A stretch of DNA of 64,000 bases from Novakomyces olei (taxonomy: Eukaryota), in assembly GCA_016906335.1 (NCBI GenBank), contig JADEYG010000003.1, positions 930,001-994,000 of the forward strand. Reading direction: 5' to 3'. A program made the position numbers and the translations under genes. Under the pieces are notes generated by a model. That model had not been told where the DNA came from and ran no database searches. It saw only the letters and a list, made by a program, of their open reading frames with translations. Positions within the stretch are counted from its first letter, which is position 1. The number at the start of each line of letters is the position of its first letter. Shown piece by piece: positions 32,268 through 45,679 of the stretch.

Positions 32268-33746
32268 TTATTCAGCGTCAAGTTTTGCCTTAATTACCCT
32301 CTCACGCTCACCGCCGTATCGGCGTAGACGCTTGTACGCCTCTCGGTAGAAAGACTGCGCGTTTCTTCTTAAAACAGCAGCATTACGAGCAGCTGCCCGG
32401 GTATCGGTAGCGGCGCGTTCAAGCTCAACGTCGCCTCTGGCTTCCCATACATCAGGAGCACTATCAGGCCAATGCGTGGTTACTTGTTCAAGCAGCTCTG
32501 CTGCTCTTGAAAGTGCGTTCCACGCGTCGTCCGGTGAAAGTAGCTCTGCCACTGTTCGTTCAGCATCAGCCACGTCTGTGAGCATATGAGCAGCAGCTTC
32601 ACTGTCCCCGCTGGCTCCTCCTTGCAAGCCGCCTTGAACAATGGATTGACGGCAATTTGCTACCAGTCCAGATAATTCATTTTCCCAATCAGCTGCTTCA
32701 ATTTGACCCAGAGCAACTTGTAATTCACGTGACGCAATTTGGACTTTTTGATCGGCTTGTGAGAGCTCTACTCTGTCGCAAAGTGCACGGGCCGTAGGAA
32801 CTGCTTGACGGACAGCGGCGTCTATACGCTGTAGCCTTGTATCGTTTTGCAGTGCCTGTGCATCTCCACCAGACTCTGCAATAGACTCGAGCAAAGTTGC
32901 ATAGCCTGCAACTATCTCTAGCAACACCTCAAAGGCCTCGGATTGCAGTTCGTCAAGTGTGATATCCACAGAGTCATCGTCTGCTTTAATTTGACTCTCA
33001 TAGTACTCGTAAACATGGGGTAACCGGTTTAATAGTGCATCGTATCCGAGCATTAAGGTCTGAGGGTTATCGTCGTCCACACTTACAAGCTCCAACATCA
33101 TTTGGGCTTGACGGAACTGAGCCTGCATCGCTTCGTGCAGGGTTAAATTGCCATCGTCAGCTAGAGCCCGCTCACCAAAAGAGACGGCCTGCTGAAGCGC
33201 CGCTGCACCATCTTGTAGTGGCAACTCACAGGACTCGTACATAAGGTAGTACAGCCGGCTCCTGTTTATCAGAATTGTACAAATGAGGGATAGTAGTAGC
33301 TGGCAGATTAAAAGTAACGCCATTAAAAGAACAAGTTAGGGATCAGGATAATAGTCAAGGCATTGAAGAATCATAACCATACATATTGGCATGACATTCT
33401 GGTGGACTTGCGCCCAATTGAAGCAGCTGCCGATTGTTTTCTATTGCACGTTCAAAGAAGCGTCGCGCCTTTATGTCAATAAACTGAAGCAACTGCCATT
33501 ACCTTTTGGCAGTTTCCCGCCCAGCGTTCCGCCTTGTCTTCATTAAACTGTGCTTCCTATAGAATTAGAATGGTCGATCATAACAGCCAGCTGCCATTGT
33601 TTAAAGGAGCCTGGTAAAACGAGTCTAGACCGAAAATCAAATAAAATGTACGTCTACTGGTCTAATTAATTGCAAACTCGTAGCCGTACCTGCTCTGCCT
33701 TTTGCACGCGCTGTTCAAGCGTCGATGCGGTGGCGCGCCGATTCAT
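32268..33746 (-). CDS. UPF0656-like helical-repeat protein (short 5' exons, approximate)
   Basis: Spliced N-terminus MNRRATASTLEQRVQKAEQ..EDKAERWAG..ARRFFERAI..SRLYY; C-terminal VWEARGDVELER..LRRNAQSFYR. Confidence 0.6.
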
Positions 33747-34333
33747 TCACGCGCCGAAAAAGGTGATGCGATTGTGGATCAGTGCAAGGATAACGATTAC
33801 ACTCGTTGACGTCAATTTATAAAAGTCTAATCACTGCAAAAACTTCATGAGCTTTCGTAGCGTTCGATTTGTAAGTCTCAATTCAAACGTAAAATGCCTT
33901 TTGCTCCAAGGCCGTAATGTCTGTGGAATGTAATTCACACTTGTCTCGGCCCCGCTCGACTTGAAATGGAACTTGTTCCTGTCCTCGTGCCGGTGAAGAG
34001 TGCTCGAACCATTTACAAACAAATGTACGTATAAACTACTGTATAATAAATAATATAGTTAAAATAAGAATACTACAATACTCCCCATACTGAGGATTAA
34101 CAGTATTTAATAGATATATGGCGATCTACAAGGCTCGCTGCACAGGCCGCAGGACGGACAACGGTGAGGAGCGAGTGCCGGCCTTAGGACGCCTGTGAGA
34201 CAGACACGCGTCATTTAAAAAAAAAACAAATAAAAATTGGATAAATAATAAATAAATCAAATTAAAAGATTCATTATAAGCAAAAGCCCAAACAAGCCCA
34301 CGTTGTACGCAACCGCAAATTCACATTTTGCCA

Positions 34334-34814
34334 TCAGCCAAAAGTTGAGGCGAGCCAATCGCGGTACTGAAACTCGCCGCGAACAGTAACAAACCCAGAG
34401 ATGGCATTTTCTATCTCGCTATCCGTTAATGCCGCCCGTTGTTCTGCCAGTGCCGCTTTTAGTTGGCGTACAGAGATGACGCCGTCCTCGTTTGTGTCAA
34501 ACGTGCGCAGAGCACGTCGCATTTCTTCAATGCCTTGAACCTGGCTTTGCTGGTGCAGCCGCGTCATGAACGTGGCAAACACGGGCAGAGTTATTTGCGG
34601 CGGCAGCTGTGCCATCATTCTGTCAATATCGCCCCGCGTGTCTTGAAAAGGCCGTCAATGTCAGTGGAGTCGCATAAAGTCATCAGCTCCTACCCGTCGA
34701 CTGCATCATGCCTGAAACGTCCTGTCGGACAATACGGCCATCGTGGTCTGCGTCTAAGAGCATAAACATACGCCGAAACTCGGCTTGGAGGCTCTGAGCC
34801 GCCACATCTGCCAT
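34334..34814 (-). CDS. EF-hand protein, myosin regulatory light chain-like (1 intron)
   Basis: EFRRMFMLLDADHDGRIVRQDV..ITLPVFATFM..ALRTFDTNEDGVISVRQLKAAL..LTDSEIE..GEFQYRDW. Confidence 0.75.
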
Positions 34815-35356
34815 TGTTTATAGTTGTCTACAAGTCATATTTATTCTGCTGTACTGTGATATACTATTCGCGAGTCTTGCAATGCTTTACCAATCACTGT
34901 CTATATAATTAATTTAAAGGGAGTCTGCTAATAGAATCCGTTTATACTGTTTACACAACAATCATGCTTATCGTTCCAATCTCGTTTGTTGGGATCTGAT
35001 CTGTTTGTTTACACACGCGTAAAGCCTGCGTGGGTAGTTGCGCCAACATGTACAGTATATAATATTCATTTAATTAATTTTTATACTTTTTTAACAATAT
35101 ATTAATTATTTTATTTTATACTTCTCTATTTTACACCTTTTTTATTTTACACCTTTTTTATTTTACTCCCTTCTTATTTTATACTTTTTTTCTTTCATAT
35201 TATTTTATTTCTATTGAATCTCTGGCATAGAGTATCGAGTAGTCGCACGGCTGTGACTTGTCTAGTCATTATGACATATACTCGGCCTGAATATACAGCA
35301 GGTACCATAGTGCAGATATCTATGACGAAATAAAGACTTGCAACGGCAGCCAAACC

Positions 35357-37250
35357 ATGTTTTGCGGATTCGATTTGAGTACGCAGCAGCTCAAGGCGCT
35401 GATCATTGATAACCATCTCAATGTGCTCTACGAGATCCCCGTCTCGTTTGACCATGACTTGCCGCAGTACAAGTAAGCATCTTGGCCGCCGTTTGGAATT
35501 GTATACTGACCCTCATACAAAAGGACCCGCAAGGGCGTTTACGCGGAGGGCAATGAGGTCAAAGCGCCTGTCTTGATGTGGTTGGATGCTCTTGATCTAG
35601 TTTTTGCTCGTATGAAGGAGCAGAAAGTACCCGTGCATGAAATCCGTGGTATAAGCGGCGCTGGGCAGGTAAATTCTCAAATTGCCATTATTTTGTATGA
35701 TTATTGCCACTAACGAATTAGCAACACGGCTCTGTATACTGGAAACAAGGGTTTTCGGCCCCGTTGTCTGATTTGAAAGCAAGCAAATCGCTGGCAGAGC
35801 AATTGGATGGTACAATGTATCCTTACTCTCCGAATTGGCAGGACTCTTCCACACAGAAACAGTGTGAAGAAATTGAGGCCTCTGTTGGCGGCCCAGAGAA
35901 ATTGGCACACTTAACTGGCTCCAGAGCGCATCATAGATTTACGGGCCCGCAGATTCTCAAACTACGTGAGCAGCAGCCAAAGGAATACGCGGAAACCGAC
36001 CGTATTGCTCTTGTTTCCAGCTGGCTTGCTTCTATTCTTCTTGGCCGTCCGGCAGAAATCGATCCCAGCGATGTCTGTGGCATGAACCTGTGGGATATTT
36101 TAAATGAAAAATATGATCCTGGTCTCCTTGCCACTGTTGGTGGTGGAGACGGTGAGGAATTGAGGCGAAAACTGGGTCCAGTCACTATGGATGGGGCCGC
36201 AATTCTTGGCAATATTGCACCCTATTTTGTGGAAAAGTATGGTGTCTCTGCAGACTGCAAGATCATCCCCTTTACCGGTGACAACCCGGCCACGATACTG
36301 TCTCTACCATTGAGAAAAGACTTGGATGCGATGGTCAGCTTGGGCACGAGCACTACTTTGCTGCTCTCAACTTCAAATTACGTCACGTCGCCCAATTATC
36401 ACATGTTTGGGCACCCTACAACCAAGGGACTTTTCATGTCTATGCTTTGCTATAAGAATGGCAGTTTAGCACGCGAGGCTGTTCGAAACGAGATCAATGC
36501 AAGTCTGTCCCGGGAGGCTGAGGACTGGCAAGAGTTCAATAGATTGGCAGTGGAAAAGCCTCCGTTATTGGCTGATAAAGATGGCAATTACAAGTTTGGA
36601 TTTTATTTCCCTCTGCCGGAAATTATTCCCATTGTTAACAGGGGCACTTATCGCTTTTCAGTAGAACACAGTGGCAAACAGCTGTCATTGGTCCCGTGCT
36701 TTGGAGACACGAAGGCGGCTCTTTCCCGGTGGGGTTTACCACAGGACGATCCTCGTGCCATCTTGGACGGTCAGTTCCTTGATATTCGGGTTCGGTCCCA
36801 GCCGCTCTTACAGGATAATAAAGGGCAACCCGGTCGAATCTATGCAGTAGGTGGAGCCAGTAAGAATCCTGCTATTATTAAAGTCATGGGACAAGTTTTG
36901 GGAGGTACAGAGGGTGTCTTTCGCCAGATTACAGGGTCGTCTAATGCGTGTGCTCACGGGGTAAGTTCAATTTTTTTTTTTTTAAATTTAAATTGGCTTT
37001 CTCATTAAACTGTCATTTGTGTTACTAGAAGACTAACCATTTTTCCAAGGGAGCCAGCAAAGCTGCCTGGGCTTTGTTGCGAAAGCCCGACGAGCCTTTT
37101 GAAGAGTTTGTGTTGGCCAATTGGCACGAGGAAAAGACGGTGCAGCGTGTTGGCGAAGGCTATCAATCGGGCATTTATGAAGCCTACAATCCTATTTTGG
37201 GATTGTTTGAGCAAGCGGAGCATGATCTAGAGAAAAGGTACCATGAGTAG
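35357..37250 (+). CDS. XKS1: Xylulokinase (4 exons)
   Basis: FCGFDLSTQQLK, ISGAGQQHGSVYW, PNWQDSST, TGSRAHHRFTGPQI, FTGDNPAT, SLGTSTT, YAVGGASKN. Confidence 0.93.
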
Positions 37251-37986
37251 ATATTATAGATAATGTAGCTTCTCACTACTTTACACAGCGTGCAATTGAA
37301 ATGCTTTAATAGATTTTTTATTTGGCTTTTAAAGAATTTGATCTATTGTTCTCTTGGGCAGACTGCAGTGTTGTGTAGAATGGCTATAATGAAAAGAGGG
37401 AAGGAAGAAAAGCTTTAAGAAATTAGAAGATATTAGTCAGAATTGTCTGCTTTGATACAGGTATTAATTGAAATCAGTGATGTATTCACCTTTTTATCGC
37501 TACTTTAGTTGACGATCTATATCATGTCGTAATTCTTATTTATGGTTACTATAATATTTAGTATATATATATTATTAGATATTGTTTAATTTTAATTTTA
37601 ATTAATTTTAATTAATTTTAATTATTTTAACTATTTTAATGATAATAATTTTTATTTATTTTTTTTATTTCTTATTAAAATATTTACGTAATAAATAAAC
37701 AAACAAAAAAATAAACAATTTTCATATTTGGTACGACACCTTTTCCCCGACGGCACGGCAATAGTATAATATTTGATTATATTTACAATAATAATAAAGT
37801 GTATAATATAAATTAATAATATATAAATAGCATATTTTTTCTGTCATACATTAAGGGCACAATATACACTAGACACTGGCGCATACAGCATTACTTAAAC
37901 TTGCATTAATTAATAGAAAGCAAGAGAAGTGCACCATGTCGGTAACCCAAACGTAGGATGAAAATAGCAAAAGAAAATATAGAGCC

Positions 37987-38050
37987 TTCCAGAATTCCAT
38001 AGAAGACGATAACGAAAACGAGTCTATGAGATTCTGGAGATATATAAAAG
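37987..38050 (+). promoter_or_regulatory. Gap-type heat-shock element and TATA box of HSP90
   Basis: TTC-N2-GAA-N7-GAA at 37987-38004; TATATAAAAG at 38041-38050. Confidence 0.7.
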
Positions 38051-38227
38051 ACGGGAGCCATTAATCTCCCCCGTCGTTCTCACCCCAAAAATCTTTTTTA
38101 GCATTTTATCACTTTACAAGGGAGCAGCATCTCATTGAATTTGCTGTTTGAGCACCGTTGAGTACGAGACAGTGGCGCTCTGTTAGACAGTACTTTTGAA
38201 AAAAGTCTTGAACAACACATACACAAA

Positions 38228-40348
38228 ATGGCGTCTGAGGAACACACCTTTCAGGCTGAGATCTCTCAGCTTATGAGTCTGATCGTCAACACGGTCTACT
38301 CAAACAAAGAGATCTTTCTGCGGGAATTGGTCTCGAACGCGTCTGATGCGCTCGACAAGATCCGCTACGAATCCCTCTCGGACCCCTCTAAATTGGACAC
38401 TGAGAAGGACCTTTTCATCCGTATCACTCCCGACAAGGAGAATAATATCTTGTCCATCCGCGACTCCGGTATCGGTATGACAAAGGCAGATTTGATCAAC
38501 AATCTCGGTACAATCGCCAAGTCTGGCACAAAGGCCTTTATGGAAGCAGCTGCCTCCGGCGCTGATATCTCTATGATTGGCCAGTTTGGTGTTGGTTTCT
38601 ACTCGGCCTACCTCGTGGCCGACCGTGTTCAGGTCGTGTCCAAGCACAATGACGACGAGCAGTACATTTGGGAATCGTCCGCTGGCGGAAGCTTCACTAT
38701 CACTGAGGACAATATCAACCCGCCTCTGGGCCGCGGAACAGAGATCCGTCTGTTTATGAAGGAGGACCAGCGTGAGTACTTGGAAGAAAAGCGCATCAAG
38801 GACATTATCAAGAAGCACTCTGAGTTTATTGGATACCCTATTCAGCTCGTTGTAACAAAGGAGGTCGAGAAGGAAGTGCCGGAAGAAGGTGCTGAGGAGG
38901 AGGAAAAGAAGGATGACGAGGCAGATGACAAGAAGGCCAAGATTGAGGAAGTTGACGAGGAGAGTGAAGAGAAAAAGAAAAAGACAAAGAAGGTTAAGGA
39001 GGTTACAAAGGAGACGGAAGAGCTCAACAAGACGAAGCCCCTGTGGACTCGCAACCCGAGCGATATTACTCAAGACGAGTATGCCAGCTTTTACAAATCA
39101 CTCTCCAACGATTGGGAGGATCATCTTGCAGTCAAGCACTTTTCTGTCGAGGGCCAACTCGAGTTCCGTGCTATCCTCTTCGTTCCCAAGCGGGCGCCCT
39201 TTGATCTTTTTGAAGGCAAAAAGAAGAAGAACAACATCAAGCTGTATGTCCGTCGCGTATTCATTACGGACGACGCTGAGGAGCTTTTGCCAGAGTGGCT
39301 CAGCTTCATCAAGGGCGTTGTTGACTCTGAGGACTTGCCGCTGAATCTGTCCCGTGAAACACTGCAGCAGAACAAGATCATGAAGGTCATCCGCAAGAAC
39401 TTGGTCCGCCGGTGTCTCGATTTGTTCAACGAAATCGCAGAGGACAAGGAGCAGTTCCAAAAGTTCTACGAAGCCTTTGGCAAAAACCTCAAGCTCGGCA
39501 TCCACGAAGATGCTCAGAACCGCCCTACACTGGCCAAGCTTTTGCGTTACCAATCGCTCAACTCTCCGGATGATTTGATCAGCCTGGAAGACTACATTAC
39601 GCGTATGCCAGAGCACCAAAAGACCATCTACTATATCACTGGCGAGTCCAAGCAGGCAGTAGAGCACTCCCCCTTCCTGGAGATCTTCAAGAAGAAGGGC
39701 TTTGATGTTCTCTTCCTGGTTGATCCTATCGACGAGTATGCTGCCACCCAGCTCAAGGAGTTTGAGGGCAAGAAGCTTGTCAACATCACCAAGGAGGGAC
39801 TCGAGCTGGAAGAGACTGACGAGGAAAAAGCCGCTCGTGAGAAAGACGAGAAGGAGTATGAATCATTGGCCAAGTCGATCAAAAACATACTCGGCGACCG
39901 TGTTGAAAAGGTTGTTGTCTCCTCAAAACTGGTTGATGCTCCGTGTGTTGTCACCACTGGCCAGTTTGGCTGGTCTGCCAACATGGAGAAAATTGTGCGT
40001 GCCCAGGCTCTGCGTGACAGCAGCATGAGCTCGTACATGATCTCTAAAAAGACGTTGGAGATTTCTCCACGGTCTAAGATCATCAAGGAACTCAAGACCC
40101 GTTTGGACAAGGACGGGGAGGATGACCGTGTGGTCAAGGATCTGACTAATCTGTTGTTTGAAACTGCCCTCCTCACTTCTGGTTTTAACTTGGAAGACCC
40201 AAGCTCTTTTGCCACACGCATTAACCGTCTTATCTCTCTCGGACTCAACATTGATGAAGACGAAGAGCCTGAGGCAGCTGCCTCAACGTCTGCACCCGCC
40301 GCCCCTACTGCATCAGAGTCTGAGACCAAAATGGAGGAGGTCGATTAG
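38228..40348 (+). CDS. HSP90: Cytosolic Hsp90
   Basis: [34 protein letters not shown]-terminal MEEVD; intronless with strong codon bias. Confidence 0.99.
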   Translation: MASEEHTFQAEISQLMSLIVNTVYSNKEIFLRELVSNASDALDKIRYESLSDPSKLDTEKDLFIRITPDKENNILSIRDSGIGMTKADLINNLGTIAKSGTKAFMEAAASGADISMIGQFGVGFYSAYLVADRVQVVSKHNDDEQYIWESSAGGSFTITEDNINPPLGRGTEIRLFMKEDQREYLEEKRIKDIIKKHSEFIGYPIQLVVTKEVEKEVPEEGAEEEEKKDDEADDKKAKIEEVDEESEEKKKKTKKVKEVTKETEELNKTKPLWTRNPSDITQDEYASFYKSLSNDWEDHLAVKHFSVEGQLEFRAILFVPKRAPFDLFEGKKKKNNIKLYVRRVFITDDAEELLPEWLSFIKGVVDSEDLPLNLSRETLQQNKIMKVIRKNLVRRCLDLFNEIAEDKEQFQKFYEAFGKNLKLGIHEDAQNRPTLAKLLRYQSLNSPDDLISLEDYITRMPEHQKTIYYITGESKQAVEHSPFLEIFKKKGFDVLFLVDPIDEYAATQLKEFEGKKLVNITKEGLELEETDEEKAAREKDEKEYESLAKSIKNILGDRVEKVVVSSKLVDAPCVVTTGQFGWSANMEKIVRAQALRDSSMSSYMISKKTLEISPRSKIIKELKTRLDKDGEDDRVVKDLTNLLFETALLTSGFNLEDPSSFATRINRLISLGLNIDEDEEPEAAASTSAPAAPTASESETKMEEVD

Positions 40349-40871
40349 AGAAAATCCATTGGTTTCCCTCTGAAAGGGAGGGAAGCAAATGAAGATTTAT
40401 CATGGATATGGCTGTACCCTGCTTTTATGTTTAACGCATTCATATTAACTTTTATGCCACAGAGATTTAGGTAGAATAATAGGCAAACGATATTTTTATC
40501 TTTTGACATCTTTTTTATAGACGATATCTTGTTAGTCTAGAGTTTATTTAGTTTGACAATATCTTTAACACGGCTCTCGTAATAATGTAATGAAATGCAG
40601 CAGATAAACTTAAATAATATAATATTTAAAGTACAGTGAGTAGATAATCCTAACCCTGACATAATTATTATTCAAGGTATTATGGTTGTGGGTACCAGTG
40701 CGCATTTGGCATTCCCTATCCAACTAAACGGGAAACTGTTTATTGCCTTATTTATTCCAATATACAATTTTGGTCTACTATACAATGTTCGTCTACTTTC
40801 TTGGATTGCTCATGAATATATCAAAACCATCGAATTAACCCTAATTACACTGCTGGTAGACTCGCTCTGCG

Positions 40872-43301
40872 CTACTGGTTGATATAAAAATCCCGCAGCC
40901 CACTATTGTACTGCTCAATGCCATTCTCAACCCGGCGAATTGCCGCCAGGAACTCGGCTTTCAAGGCCTCTCGCCGCAGCCTTCGTTCATTAATTTTATC
41001 CTGAATTGCCTCGGACAGCTGTGCCTGTGTTTGGCAATGCTTTTCGTAATCCAGCTGCGCTCTCGCCTTTCTTGCTGCTGCCTTGTCCACTTTATTCTTG
41101 AGCGCGTCTCTGGCAGCTGCCGCCTTGTCCATCTCCTGCTGGACCTGCCGGCGCGTCTGCTGAGCTTGCTCAATCTCCTGCTGCAGCTGTAGACAGGACT
41201 GCTGCCATCCTGTCCGGCTGGAGTCCATCTCTGCTTTTGCTTCTTCAAGCAAGGCAAGTTCCTGCTGCAAATCTGCATCAGACTGCTCTACCCGCTCAGC
41301 CGCCAGTTTTGCTTGTGCCTGGAGGCCCATGAGCTTACGCTGGAAGCGGTCCTTCTCGCCCTTCACGTTCAGCCGCCTTTCAATCGACTGCATATCCTTT
41401 TTCTTTACCGCCATCCTCTTATCGTGGTCACGTCTGAGCGACTTGAACTGCACTTCCAGCTGTGCTGCTTGCTCCCGGGCCGCAGAGAGACTGGCCGCTA
41501 GCGAAGGCAGAGCCGCCAGAGCAGTTGCAGGCTGTGCTAGAGCAGCCGCATCAGACGCAATTGTCTCCCGTGCCGTTCTTGCGTGCGTCGTAATATACAG
41601 TGTAGACATGACACGGGAATTACACGCTATTCCGATCTCATAGCCCGTAGCCGCCGACAGCCCCGACACCAGTACGGTCCACTCAAACAGCGACGAAGGC
41701 GAAGGGAAAGAGGCATCTACTTTTGGAGCACAAGTATCGGCAGAATTAGGGTTAGGGTTTGTATGGTTTTCAACATTAGAAGAAGCCATATTAGACTTTG
41801 AATCAATACATTCAAAAGCCGCATTGGAGCTCCGTCCAGCTGCTGCGTTTCCTTTGCCGGTATCATCGTTGGCAATTGCCTTGCGCAGTAGCGGAGAGGG
41901 CATTATAGAGACATGCTCCCACCGCATACCGTTCACACGTACATTAAATCCGTGGTAAAACTGCATAGGCAGCTTGCATACAAAGGCAACATCGGCCGAG
42001 GCAATTTCTAGGACACAGGCGCCTCCCGCCCAGGGCCAAGGATCGTGCATTGAGGCCTGAATGAACCTTTCGTCCTGCTGATTCATGCGGATAAGCACAA
42101 AATTTGTAGCCAAACTCGCCCACAGAGGCTGCTTCCTAAAGGTCTTGGCAAAGCGCCGCTTGCTGTTGGCCAGAGGGATTGTCAAGCTCGCTGGGTGCGT
42201 TTCAGGCTGCCCGGCAATCTGCTCTTCTGCAGACACGTCCGACTCGTTGTTGCCAGTATTGCTTGTATAAACATTGGTATTTGTATTGGTATTGGTATTG
42301 CCATTGGTATTGGTATTGCCATTGGTATTGGTATTGCTATTGCCATTTGTATTGTAGTTGTAGTTGTTATTGGCACTGGTATTGGTACTGGAATTGGTAC
42401 TGCCGTTTCCAAACTTTGGCAAAGGATACTTTTCCAGCCAAACGTGAACCATGAGCACAAGCAGGCCCTGCACAAAAATGTGTGTGGCCAGGAAAACCCT
42501 AATCCAGCGCAGAGCGTTGCTCTGGATCGGCTCGAAAACGAGCGGGAACGCTTCGTCGTTGCCGGAATCGACACTGCTCATATTGTGCAGACCAGCGGCA
42601 AATGCGGAACGCGTCACGTGCACCGGCAAATGCAGTTGCCGCATAAGCAGCAAAAACCCTGATACAACGGACAGGAGACGCATGTCGTTGCCGGACAGTC
42701 GGGCCGACATTACGGCCTGAGCAATGTCCACCATAACCGCTGCGGCTCCGGACGATCGGGGCAGAGCTATACAGAGAGCAATGGTTATTGCCAGATCAAT
42801 GCCCGCGATCATGAGCGCCGTTCGGCCGCCAGAGTAGGCAATTAGAGCCGAGGGTGAGAGGTACCAGCTGATGAAAAATATCATTGCCGCCGTATACAGC
42901 GGAGCCGGCAGATTGACCAGCACGATAAGGATAGCGAGAGCGTCCATTACCGGGTGCGCTGATAAAACAGCGGCAGACGAGTAGCCGCCGTAGCTGGCAG
43001 CGTACGGCGGCGCGAGTCCCCCAGGGAAAACATTTCGCTTCGAAGTGCTAGGGTTAGGGTTAGGGTTGATGATAGAGTTAGGGTTAATGTCCTCCTCCAC
43101 TGCGCTATTAGCACCGGGATTACCAGCGTCAGGCACGTCGAGCGGCACATTGAGCGTATTCGCCGCCGAATGCGATCGTCTTCTTGCTCGCGCGCTTGAA
43201 TTGCCGGCGCCGACGGGATTGCTAGCGGTAGTGCCGTTGCTGCTGCCGTTATTGCCACGTCGGGACACGAGTGAAGGAGGCACTTCGGCGCGGTGCTCCA
43301 T
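40872..43301 (-). CDS. AcrB/Nnf2-like membrane protein with FN3-like region and C-terminal coiled coil
   Basis: DALAILIVLVNLP TM block, RKQPLWASLA, VRVNGMRW, VSGLSAATGYEI, long coiled coil. Confidence 0.7.
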   Translation of the reverse strand: MEHRAEVPPSLVSRRGNNGSSNGTTASNPVGAGNSSARARRRSHSAANTLNVPLDVPDAGNPGANSAVEEDINPNSIINPNPNPSTSKRNVFPGGLAPPYAASYGGYSSAAVLSAHPVMDALAILIVLVNLPAPLYTAAMIFFISWYLSPSALIAYSGGRTALMIAGIDLAITIALCIALPRSSGAAAVMVDIAQAVMSARLSGNDMRLLSVVSGFLLLMRQLHLPVHVTRSAFAAGLHNMSSVDSGNDEAFPLVFEPIQSNALRWIRVFLATHIFVQGLLVLMVHVWLEKYPLPKFGNGSTNSSTNTSANNNYNYNTNGNSNTNTNGNTNTNGNTNTNTNTNVYTSNTGNNESDVSAEEQIAGQPETHPASLTIPLANSKRRFAKTFRKQPLWASLATNFVLIRMNQQDERFIQASMHDPWPWAGGACVLEIASADVAFVCKLPMQFYHGFNVRVNGMRWEHVSIMPSPLLRKAIANDDTGKGNAAAGRSSNAAFECIDSKSNMASSNVENHTNPNPNSADTCAPKVDASFPSPSSLFEWTVLVSGLSAATGYEIGIACNSRVMSTLYITTHARTARETIASDAAALAQPATALAALPSLAASLSAAREQAAQLEVQFKSLRRDHDKRMAVKKKDMQSIERRLNVKGEKDRFQRKLMGLQAQAKLAAERVEQSDADLQQELALLEEAKAEMDSSRTGWQQSCLQLQQEIEQAQQTRRQVQQEMDKAAAARDALKNKVDKAAARKARAQLDYEKHCQTQAQLSEAIQDKINERRLRREALKAEFLAAIRRVENGIEQYNSGLRDFYINQ

Positions 43302-44528
43302 TGGTACGCGTGCGATTGCGCTTTACGCGTTCTTAGAGCTTCCGCGCCGACGAATCTAGAAGCGCCTGTTGACTAATAGGAATGTATGATCTGCTGCCGG
43401 GAACAGTGTTGCCGCCTTCACCGCCAGAATTTTGGCATTTCAATTTGCCTCAGGCGAATTATTAAAAAAATATAAATTTGCTGTATAGATTTAGGCTAGT
43501 GCTGTGTTTTTTATGTATATATATAAATATATATATATATACATATGTACATATAGATAGTCGTGGATTACGTAGGACGGTAATGCTTTTACAGAATTAT
43601 TTTTATATTGAAATTGTTAGTAATCGTATATTAATTGTAGATGTCTATTATTATAGATGTGTATAATATTATACTGTATTATATAGAACTTGCCGTTCGT
43701 TTCTTGGAAAAAGTGGGCTTTTTCTGTATGGGCTGTTAGAGCCATAGCATGATAATGCCAGTACATTTGCTAAAGCATGAAGCACCGATACTAGCGGCCC
43801 AAAAGTAAGTCTATCGATTGAATAAGGAGGACTATAAATCAAGCATTACTCTTGCTCTATTGTAGCTTCGTTTCCTGTGTAGAATTTCCTGTTTAATACG
43901 CAAATGATTGGCGAATATTTATTGACTAATCGGAGATCGCTTCAATCTGGGATAACACTCAGATTAGTCAACGATTGCAATTTTGAAGGGTTAAGGTCTT
44001 ATTTAAAATCTCAGTTTAGAAGTCACAATTGCTTATAGACCGTGCAACACGGTGACATGTCGCTGCATCTATTCAATCATCTTCGCCAACTACCGATAGG
44101 ACGGACTTCTATATAAACCCTGCAAAATTAATAATATTAACCCTAGTCTTTTGCTTCTACTAGTGTGAGATCTAATGTGGGAGCGCGATAATCAAAGATA
44201 CGCGCCATCCCACTTTTGGAGACATTGTCAACATTGATACTGATCAAGCAGCATTGAAGCATCGCAGAAAAAAATCTTTAATTCTTTATTAAATATTCTT
44301 CCATTTTGTTTAATTAATTAATTTATTGTTAATAAATCAATTATTTTTGATCGTACATTGCTACAGACGGCGCTCCTCTACCATCACTACAAACAAAATA
44401 GTCGATATAGCATCTATGCATTTTACTGGCCAATTCAATGTATCAGTAAAATATTATGGCTACCTAATACTAAAAATACCTCACGCCAAGAAAGCTGAAT
44501 CTAGCACTAGTAATATACCAATTCACGC

Positions 44529-45679
44529 TTATGCGGCAAGGTTAATACCAGAGCCAGCGTTGAGCAGCTTCTTGACGTCGCCATAGATCATAAACTGGCC
44601 GGCCGTGAGCGTGCCAACCATGACAATACGCGGGCCGAGACCAGAGAAAGATCCACGGATACCAAGGTCCTTGGCCAGCTTGATCAGACGGCCAGTTGTG
44701 GTCTCGCCAGGCAGAGCCTTGGTCTTGTTGATCTTGGAAAGCATGGTATCAGCCGGCTGGGAGATGATGGCGGCAGCAATACCGGCAGCGAGACCAGAGC
44801 CCAAGTTGATAAGAGACTGAGTGGAAGAGGAGAGCTGGTCCTTGGGGGTAGAGATGTTCTTGTAAACAACCTCGGCAACACGCTCAAAGACGACAAACTT
44901 GGCCATAGTGTAGGGGATTTGCTTGAAAAGAATAGGGCCAAAGCCAGAGTAAAAGCCTTTTACACCCTCAAGCTTTGCAATCTTGGCGAAACCAGACAGC
45001 AGACCGCTGGCAAAGTTGGGCTGTGAAACGAGACGGATACGGGTGGCCTCAAGCGGGCACAATGCAATATCAGCGAAAAATTCAGCCAGAGCAGAAGAGC
45101 CGAGGTATACGGCAGTACGGTTGCGTGTAGCCGTCTCAACACCAAGAGTATCAATCCAAAACTTCTTGAAGAGCTCATAGCCTCCAAACTTGAAGCCTCC
45201 CTGCAAAAAGTAGCCAGCGGCAGTAGGTCCCAGGCCGGTAAGGAGAGCGCCAGCGCCCTCGCCTTGAACTACCTGACGGAAGCTCGCAAGCATACCCTTG
45301 TTGTAAATTTGGGGTTCCAGTTGAATGCGGGTCTTGACCACATCCACAGGAGTCATGGCTCCGTGCGTGACACCGCCTGAAAGGTAAGCATTTTCGTATG
45401 ATAAAAAGGAATTGACTGTAGACGACGACAAGGGCCAGACAATGTAAACAAAAGCAATCCTAAACAAAAGCAATTCTAAACAAAGCAAGACTCAACAAAA
45501 GCAATAATAAACAATAAACAAAAGCGAAAAAATAAAACAGAAATAAACAAAAAAAACAGGGGATAAAAAGAATAAAAAGGAGACTGGAAGAGTAACAAGG
45601 AGGTACGGCACATACAGCAGATAGCGCCAGCCAGCGCAAAGCGCGAGTACAAGTCGACACCGGTCGGTTCAGAAGACAT
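44529..45679 (-). CDS. MIR1: Mitochondrial phosphate carrier (exons 45679-45616, 45376-44529)
   Basis: [62 protein letters not shown]. Confidence 0.96.

Noticed and set aside
38300-40329. Long antisense ORFs (257, 189 and 232 aa) opposite HSP90
   Set aside because: Typical by-product of strong codon bias in highly expressed genes; no independent motifs
44138-44145. TAACCCTA as a telomerase RNA template
   Set aside because: Short motif that is common in this window; no pseudoknot or other telomerase domain could be identified
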